From: Octopus sinensis
Taxonomy: Eukaryota
Direction: 5' to 3'
Length of the DNA: 43,025 bases
NCBI RefSeq assembly: GCF_006345805.1
Contig: NW_021834899.1
Span: 1-43,025, forward strand
The position numbers and the translations under genes are program-made. Numbering within the stretch: the stretch's first letter is position 1; every line of letters begins with the position of its first letter. Of the stretch, positions 35,610-43,025 are shown piece by piece. The notes under the pieces are model-generated. The model made no database searches, was not told the DNA's origin, and was given only the letters and a program-made list of their open reading frames with translations.

Positions 35610-36850
35610 CAGAGTTGGACGGGACAATTATACCTCAGAAAAAAACCCAAAAGACATCTTCCCAACTTTTTCAACCCATGTCGAAAATATAGTTATGGCG
35701 TGTACAATAAACGTTAATTTCCAGAATTTTTTCTGGAGAACGAAAGAAAATACTAAAGCCTATATGGCAGGGGTGTCAAACTCATTTTGCTTTGGGGGCT
35801 GCATGTATAATATGTGACATGGCTAATCAGGCCCCTATGGGCAACCTGTCCTTTACGTGTTACTATGGCAACTACTTAACCACTGACAAATTTTCATTTG
35901 TAAGTCGTGTTCTATGAACAGTTTTTTTATTTCATGAAAATGTGCCATTTCTTTGTTATGTTCGGCAACTGTATTTTTGTCAAAGAAATCTCTTTAAACA
36001 AATACACATTATCAGGACAAATAATTTTGGCTGTTTTCACAGGACTTTGATGAAATCACTATCACAATATGATTTCCCATTTATTGCAAGCATTCTGCTG
36101 ATTTCATAACTTGTAGTAACTGATTAACTGGTTATATATCAGACAATGCATTTTTGCATCTATCGTTGTAGAAAAATATAGAAGTTCCCATTTTTTGAAA
36201 CACTTCATCTTTCAAACACAGTTTTTTAGTAACAGAAGAAACAAGTAACATTGTCAAACAAGATTTACAATATACTAATTATAAAAAATGGATTTAAAAA
36301 TATGCACAGATATTTGAAACACCCCACTTGAAACAAGCTCTCGAAAAAATTGAATAAATAAAGATGGACACAAAATAATGACGAATAAGTTCAGAATATG
36401 CAGGCAGAACAAATTATAGAAATCAACTCAAAAATGTCACAAAATAATGAAAACTATTTTATATTTTAAAGGCTCGCGTGCCGCACCTATACATGCAAGA
36501 GGCCGCGTGTTTGACACCTCTGCTATATGGTCTAAATAACATATACAATCAATACGTGGAACATACGATTGGCTATGCGTGTGGAATCGGACGAAAAAAC
36601 TCAATTGGAAAAATCAATCAAAAATCAACAAAATTCAGTTGAAGGTAGCAAACCTGCTAAATAAATATTTCGATAGAGATTATTCCAAAAGGCTGGAACA
36701 TCATAAAGTAATCTGATGTAATTTATCTACGCAAGTTTCGTTATAAAAATTCCACTTTGTACCGAAAATGCGTTGCAATGACGTCGGAACATTGGGAAAG
36801 GTTGCAAGAACTGCTGAGGGAGGCTGAGATCACCTGAATCTTTTTTTGGA
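35610..36850 (+). mobile_element. Highly decayed LINE 3' remnant (family of 7120-9145), interrupted by a hAT
   Basis: IPQKKTQK and YNQYVEHTIGYACG, with a matching ...atcacctgaa end. Confidence 0.65.
35768..36522 (-). mobile_element. Non-autonomous hAT (Buster-type) element
   Basis: TIRs caggggtgtcaaac / gtttgacacctctg and 8-bp TSD CTATATGG. Decayed GTF2IRD2-like residues (SYEISRMLA..GKSYCDSDFIK, FKEISL) on the minus strand. Confidence 0.9.
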
Positions 36851-37199
36851 TATGAAGGTTGTTTTCTGGTTCAATAAATAAAAAAAACCTATAAAAATAA
36901 ATTGAATTGAATGTTTTATTTTTACGTGAAACTAAGAAAACGAAAAATAAGTTATGCGGTTAAGCAATTCCTCATCGGACATAAAATTCAATGGACCACG
37001 CCGTTGAATGGACCGACTAGTTTTTATTAAAATAAAATAGAATTTTTATGAATTAGACGACGGTCGAATTATTTTAAGTTAATAGATAATATTATTTCCA
37101 ATAAAAAATAATTATTAAGCATTGGGGCATTTGATTGAGAGGACGAGCGAATAGACAGGCAGTTTCCGCGCAATATCACGAGCGAAATGCGCTGAAAAA

Positions 37200-37600
37200 G
37201 CCAGCTAGACTCACTCAGGATTATTTTAATTTTGATTTCGATCCGTCATCTTTTAAAGATGTTGATAAGAAAAAAAGATACAGATTGAAAAAATTTTCGA
37301 ATCTGATCAGGTTTAAAGACGGAAAAACTTACATTTGCAGGAAGATACTGAACTTCGTTTTTTGGCGCTCGAGGAATATGAGCTAAAGCTCAAACACATT
37401 GAAATTACCTATTGTTAAGCATGGTCAGTCCGAGCATAATATGGATCACCTTATACGAGATCGTTTATTTGATAGCCTTCGTTATTGTTATTACGATGTT
37501 ACCCGAACTGAGGTTGCTCAGATTTTTTCAAAATGTTCATTTTTTCAGGTAGTTTTCATAACATTCTCTAAGACATTGTCTCAGATTATAACTCCACCGT
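37200..37600 (+). mobile_element. Ginger-like integrase N-terminal (HHCC) fragment
   Basis: EHNMDHLIRDRLFDSLRYCYYDVTRTEVAQIFSKCSFFQ, followed by GT at the position equivalent to the 31131 intron. Confidence 0.55.
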
Positions 37601-37727
37601 TCAAGAAACTACTTAAGTCAGTTAATTATAATCCCGGAATTCATTTCACAAGAAACGGAGATGCATCTGAAAAGTTTGATCCTGCCCACGGTGATCGGTC
37701 TGGCACGACGATGTCATAGGGTCAGAG

Positions 37728-38796
37728 TTCTACACCTTTTTGGTATCAAATATCCGAACTGTGATGTCAAACGTAATTATTGTGGTTTCTAATATCCGAA
37801 CAGAGATGTCAAACGTCATTACTGTGGTTTCTAATATCCGAACTGAGATGTCATTATTGTGTTTTATAATGTTCGAACTGTGATGTCAAATATGTTAATG
37901 TCAAAATTACGTATCTAAAAAATATAAATGGATTTTTGTTCGTTCGAAATGAATACTTTAGTTAAAACTATGAATACTTCTTCTCGTGTTAGTAAAACAT
38001 ATAATAAAACAAATTTGGAAGCCAAAATAAGAATTATATCTGCTTATAAAATTTAAGATGCAGATCGGCATATTGTGGCGGAATCGAATAGAGTTAAGCG
38101 AAATACAGCTTATAAATGGATACGAAATGCTTCACAACTTAATAAAAAACGTAGAGGATTCAGATGGTCAAAAATCACAGACACTGAAATATCGAGAATG
38201 ATAAACTATGTTGAGGAAAATCCTATCATCACTCTAAGCGAAATTTGTGCGAGACTACTTAATGAAACTGGAATTTCTATCCATTATTCGACAGCAGCTA
38301 AATATTTACATGGAAAATTATTTACAGTTAAGAAAGTATTTTTATATTTGTAAAAGCAAGGTTATAACTGAAACCAATTTAATGAATTCAGAAGCAAACA
38401 AAATGAAAAAGAAAGAATATGTCGAAAAAATAATAAATAGAAAAAGTCGAGACAAAAATATAATTTATATGGACGAAACCAATGTAAACTTATTTTTAAG
38501 AAGAACTCAAGTATAATTTATTAATGTTGATCGAGATGAACAATTTAACTTCCGATGACAATATTTAGCAACTTAACATTGATTTCATTAATAAATATCA
38601 TTTTTTCACTAATGTGCAGAAAAAATTAAAGGATGTTTATATTGTGGACTGTTGAGATCACAATTCGGATATTTGATATCGCAAAAAATATAGGAACGGA
38701 CTTTTGACATCACCGTCCGGATATTAGAAACCACAATAATGACGTTTGAATATTTGACATCCTAGTTTGGATATTCGATACCAAAAAGGTGTAGAA
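37728..38796 (+). mobile_element. Internally deleted IS630/Tc1-like transposon with long repeat-containing TIRs and a micro-intron
   Basis: TIRs ttctacacctttttggtatc... / ...gataccaaaaaggtgtagaa with ~42-bp subterminal repeats. HTH TAYKWIR...ENPIITLSEI, intron 38336-38360 (25 nt) joining FTVKK|VITE, and first catalytic Asp in IIYMDETN. Confidence 0.85.
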
Positions 38797-38814
38797 GTCC
38801 TTTTTTTGGTAGAC

Positions 38815-39025
38815 ATTATGTGCCTCCTGAGCGTTGCTATATCCGATTGGAAGTTCCAACTGACATGGTGGACCACATAACGCCACGCTAAGACCGGAAG
38901 GTAAGAAATCCCCATTTGCAACTGTGTCTTGGCAGAACTACTCGTCGTCTCGCGGGCAAAGGAACGATGACAAGAATTGACCCCGAGCTGGAAACTAGTC
39001 TCCTTCGGATTCGAACCCACGATTG
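38815..39025 (-). other. GC-richer segment starting with a Pol III B-box; possible SINE remnant
   Basis: GGTTCGAATCC on the minus strand at 39007-39017. No A-box or cloverleaf is visible. Confidence 0.3.
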
Positions 39026-39039
39026 TCTAGAATCTAGAT

Positions 39040-40095
39040 AAGCTGAAATAGAAAAGATAAATCCCGGGTCATCATTTGCTCATTTTCATTGTATTATTCA
39101 TCAGCAATATTTGTGTTCAAAGATATTAACAATAGAAAATTCCATTAGTTTGGTCACGAAAACAGTATCAGAGGTCATCCCCTCAACCACCGGCAGTTTA
39201 GTAAACTGTTGACAGATATTAATAATCAATTCAGCGACATTCCTTTTTATACTCCATCACTTCACAAAGTTGTTAAAAAATTTTATTTGTTGAGATCGGA
39301 AATAATTTTATTTATGGAGATGAAAGGGCAAAACACAGACGAAATGAATAGTCAATCTTGGATCAAAGATTTGGCATCTGCAGTGGATATTACCCCATAT
39401 ATGAACGACCTTAATTTAGAATCGCAGGGCAGACAAGCTTATAACTCAGTTGTCAGATCATATCAAGTTTTTTATTTCGAAAATAAAATTATGGAAGTTT
39501 CAGCTATTAAATGAAGATTTATCTCATTTTCCTACGTGCAAAGAGCTCAGGAGTACTGTTGATGCACATAATGTAATAAATTTTTCTCAGTATGAAAGAC
39601 AACTAGAATCGTTGTTAAATGAATTTTAAGAAAGATTTAATGATTTTTTGTCTTTTGAATAACAATTTTCATTATACGCATCACCATTCTCTTTCAAGGT
39701 TTCCAATGCAGATGAAAGTTTACAAATGGAATTATTGGAAATCCAATCAGATTCTATACTTAAAGCTAAATATTTGGAAGTCGGAATACCTGCTTTTTTC
39801 ATATCTTTCTGGAAAGTTTAAAAATTTTAAAAAGTTTGCGACAAAAATCATTGCTATATGTGTGTGAACAGCTTTTTTCATTTATGAAATTGACAAAAAC
39901 TGCTCAAAGAACATAGCTCAGCCTGACATATCAAAAATTGTATCTAAAAAAAGATGTCAATCCTCTTGAAGCAGCTCTCACCAAAATTTAAGGGCGATGA
40001 TTGAATAATTTAGATAAATATCAGAATTAATCTTCCCTTAAATGAGAAATTATTATAAATGCGGCCCTCGAAGCGAAATGAGTTTAAAATCCCTG
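39040..40095 (+). mobile_element. Decayed hAT (GTF2IRD2/Buster-like) transposase 3' part with right TIR
   Basis: FHCIIHQQ.LC and CEQLFSFMKLTK. Ends ...gagtttaaaatccctg followed by GTCTAGAT, which fits the NTCTAGAN target. Confidence 0.85.
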
Positions 40096-40129
40096 GTCTA
40101 GATTCAACATCCATAGCTAATATATTTAT

Positions 40130-42800
40130 CTGAAAAATCCTCAACTGACCGGCCTTGTTATGAGGCGCAGGCATTTCTTACCCGCTTGTCTGTTTTCCGT
40201 AAAAATAAAGTCATTCCGTCTCGGATCCCTAAATCAGCCAAAATTCAAGTGACAAAATCTTTGGCTCTTGCAATCGAGCGATCTCTGGCCTCAAACTCGC
40301 CAGATGATTGGTACAAGCTCTTCTCTTTTGCCTCCGTTTGTCTCGGAGGCTCTCCCAGCCACAACCACGGTGGCGACCACACGTCTCTTTCGCAGAATAT
40401 TAAATCAAATTGTGAAATATTCGACAACGCTAAATTCGATATCAGCGCCATTTCTCCTCAGTCCGTAAAAAAGCACCGTCGTCCAAACGTATCCATTCAA
40501 GACATCACTAGAATGGTTCGAGGCAAGCTCATGCAAGGCAATGTGCGCAGTGCTGTCCGTGTTATCTGCTCTAACTCATCTATTGCCCCTCCTTCGGACA
40601 AGGTTCTTAGTCAACTACGTTCAAAACACCCTGCGGCACCGGACGATCTATCCGAAATTCCTGAGTTGGTCACTGGTTTCGTTTTTAACGCATATTCCGT
40701 CACTTCAGCAGAAGTATCTGCTGCTCGCAATTTTTTCCCCCTCAGTAGCAGTGGTGGTATTGACGGTTTGAAACCCATCCATCTCAAGGACCTTCTTTCT
40801 CCGGTAACTTCTGAGGCGGGAAGATGCCTAATGTTGGCCATCATGTGCCTATGCACAAGAATTATCTCTGGTGAGATCCCTCCTTTTGCAAGGGATTTAC
40901 TTTTCTCCGCAAATCTGACGGCTCTAAACAAATGTGATGGTGGAATACGACCCATTGCTGTTGGGAATGTCTTTAGACGCCTGGCGGCTAAAATTATTTG
41001 CCGTTCGGTAGTCTGTGAAGCAAGTGAACTTTTAATGCCGATCCAACTGGGCGTAGGTGTGAAAGGTGCTTGTAAAGCAGCCGCCCATGGTATACGGCAG
41101 CTGGATTTCTCCGAAAAGAATGGAGTCCCTTTTCTCCTTAAACTGGATGTCATGAATACATTCAATTCTATCCGTCGAGATCATATTTTAGAATCTGTTC
41201 GTAATCGTTTTCCCTCATTATATCCCATCGTACATCTATCATATACCTCCCCAAGTTGTCTCCTATTTGCTGACAACGTTATTATGTCTGAATCGGGGAT
41301 CCAACAGGGTGACCCATTGTGGCCTCTTCTGTTCTCCCTAGGCGTACATCATATTGCGTCTCAATTATCTTCCAAAGTCAATCTTTGGTATCTTGATGGC
41401 GTCACACTTGGTGGAGATTTGGAGGTCGTGAAAAATGATGTCACAAGAATTATTTCTGGATTTGCTTCTATCAGACTCGTTCTCAACGGATCTAAATCTG
41501 AACTAATCCACCTGTCTGCAAATCCACTCGAATTTAAATTTATCTTCTCAACTTTAGCTCATTGTATTGAGCATCACCGCTTTTGACGAACTTATTATCC
41601 TCGGATCACCAATCAGTGGTAAGGGTACTAAGAAGGCTCTGGCTAAAAAGGAAGAGGAAATAGAAATCCTCATTTCGCGTATCTGTAAACTTGAATCACA
41701 CCTGGGGCTTTTTCTACTCAAGAACTATCTCTTTATTCCGAAACTTACTTTTCTCATGCGCTCTACGCCGTGCTTCCGAAAACAAGAATACTTATCTCGC
41801 CTGGATAATCTGGTTTCCAAAGCTCTTGGGCTACTGGTGAACACAAAATTCAAATTTGATGATATGGTGCGTGCCAATTTGCCCATCCGTTATGGGGGAA
41901 TCGGTATTCGCTCTTGCCCTCGGGGGCTTAAAGTCCCGGACATTCTGTCAGCTCAAAAGAACTGGGACAACATATATATTGTTCTCACATAAAGATATCC
42001 AGTCACACGCCGATCAGTTTCAGTTGGCAAGCATTAATTGTGCCTGTCAACCGCATTCGGTCGATTGGCTGAATGCGTTACCGATCTCGTCAGCGGGCAT
42101 GTTCCTAAACAACGAATCAGTCCGCATCGGAATCTGTTTACGGCTTGGCATAGAGATTTGCCAGCCGCACCATTGCAGATGTGGACAACTCATTGACAGG
42201 AGAGGTTTACACCCTCTCTCTTGTCGCCTTAGTGCCAGCAGGATCCCCAGGCACGCCTCATTGAACGACGTTGTAAAGCGCGCGCTTAACGCCGCTGGAT
42301 TCCCCTCGATGTTAGAACCGATAGGACTAGACCGTAGGGACGGAAAACGCCCTGACGGGTCGACTTTATTCCCGTTTAGGGAGGGAATGGCACTCGTGTG
42401 GGATGTTACCTGCGTAGATTCATTTTCCTCATCATCGTTGGTTGACTCCGCTTCTCGTCCTGGATCTTCATCTGCCCTTGCCGAATCTAGGAAAACTGCA
42501 AAATATGGCTCTTTGACCGATACCTGCTGCTTGATTCCTCTGGTTTTCGAGACCAGTGGGATAATTGGACCCAAAGCCCTCAAAATCCTCTCAGAGATTG
42601 GTTTAATCATCTCGAGGAGGAGTCACGACAGTCGTGAAACAAGCTGACTTTTTCAGCGGATATCGTTCGCGATATTACGTGAAAATTGCCTGTTCATCCG
42701 CTCGGCGACTCATCTAATTTAGTTAACTTCTCTATTGTCTGCAAGTTTTAAATGTTTTTTCGACAAATTGAGTGCTTTTATTTAAAAAAAATAAAAATAT
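40130..42800 (+). mobile_element. CRE-clade non-LTR retrotransposon (RT plus restriction-like endonuclease), frameshifted
   Basis: GGIRPIAVGNVFRRL, QLGVG, GIQQGDPL and WYLDG (YLDD degenerate). C-terminal CRCG...HPLSC...RH...KRPDG...VWDVTC, then an A-rich tail. Confidence 0.9.
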
Positions 42801-43025
42801 ATTTATGTATTCAATTACTTAAAAAATTATTTTTTAATTTTGGTAAACATAAAGTTGTTTTTTTAGCGTGGTTGTTTACTTTCTTTTAATTGCTGTCTAT
42901 AGGTATGTAAAAAATTCTTCAGAGTATCGAATTTCTAAAGATGCTTTGCAAAATAAATTTCTGGAAAATTTTTAGCCTTTTAGCCGGGGCACAGCACGGG
43001 AGTGGTGCATGGCTCCACGCATTTC

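Noticed and set aside
37751-37890. ~42-bp repeats resembling a CRISPR array
   Set aside because: No unique spacers or cas genes, and they are mirrored at the other end of the element. They are subterminal TIR repeats.
39000-39030. tRNA gene
   Set aside because: B-box only, with no acceptor stem, D-arm or anticodon arm.
40245-42610. Long minus-strand ORFs (184 and 187 aa), and similar ones at 7179-7637 and 11478-11873
   Set aside because: Antisense shadows of retrotransposon coding sequence with no motifs of their own.

Overview
This is an AT-rich eukaryotic window, not a prokaryotic one. A POU-homeobox gene and 23-29 nt GT-AG introns point to a compact-genome animal, for example a parasite such as a dicyemid or myxozoan (inference). 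Only one housekeeping gene looks essentially complete: PSMC3/Rpt5, with 8 tiny introns. The rest is a dense mosaic of transposon pieces (several LINE clades, Ginger-like integrase elements, hAT/Buster, pogo, Tc1-like, MULE) and broken host-gene pieces (histone H3, Rab3-like, SLC5A7-like). A ~10 kb block occurs twice (1-10139 and 17842-29105). The most striking feature lies in that block: a ~2 kb GC-richer cassette in which a rhabdovirus-like nucleoprotein gene is fused directly to a second ORF resembling a partiti-like dsRNA-virus capsid. This looks like a chimeric endogenous viral element (EVE) sitting in a piRNA-cluster-like transposon graveyard. Other notable points are DNA transposases carrying host-sized micro-introns, Ginger ends that all sit at TAWTA sites, and a three-level nested insertion. 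Protein family calls come from motifs recalled from memory, not from database searches.
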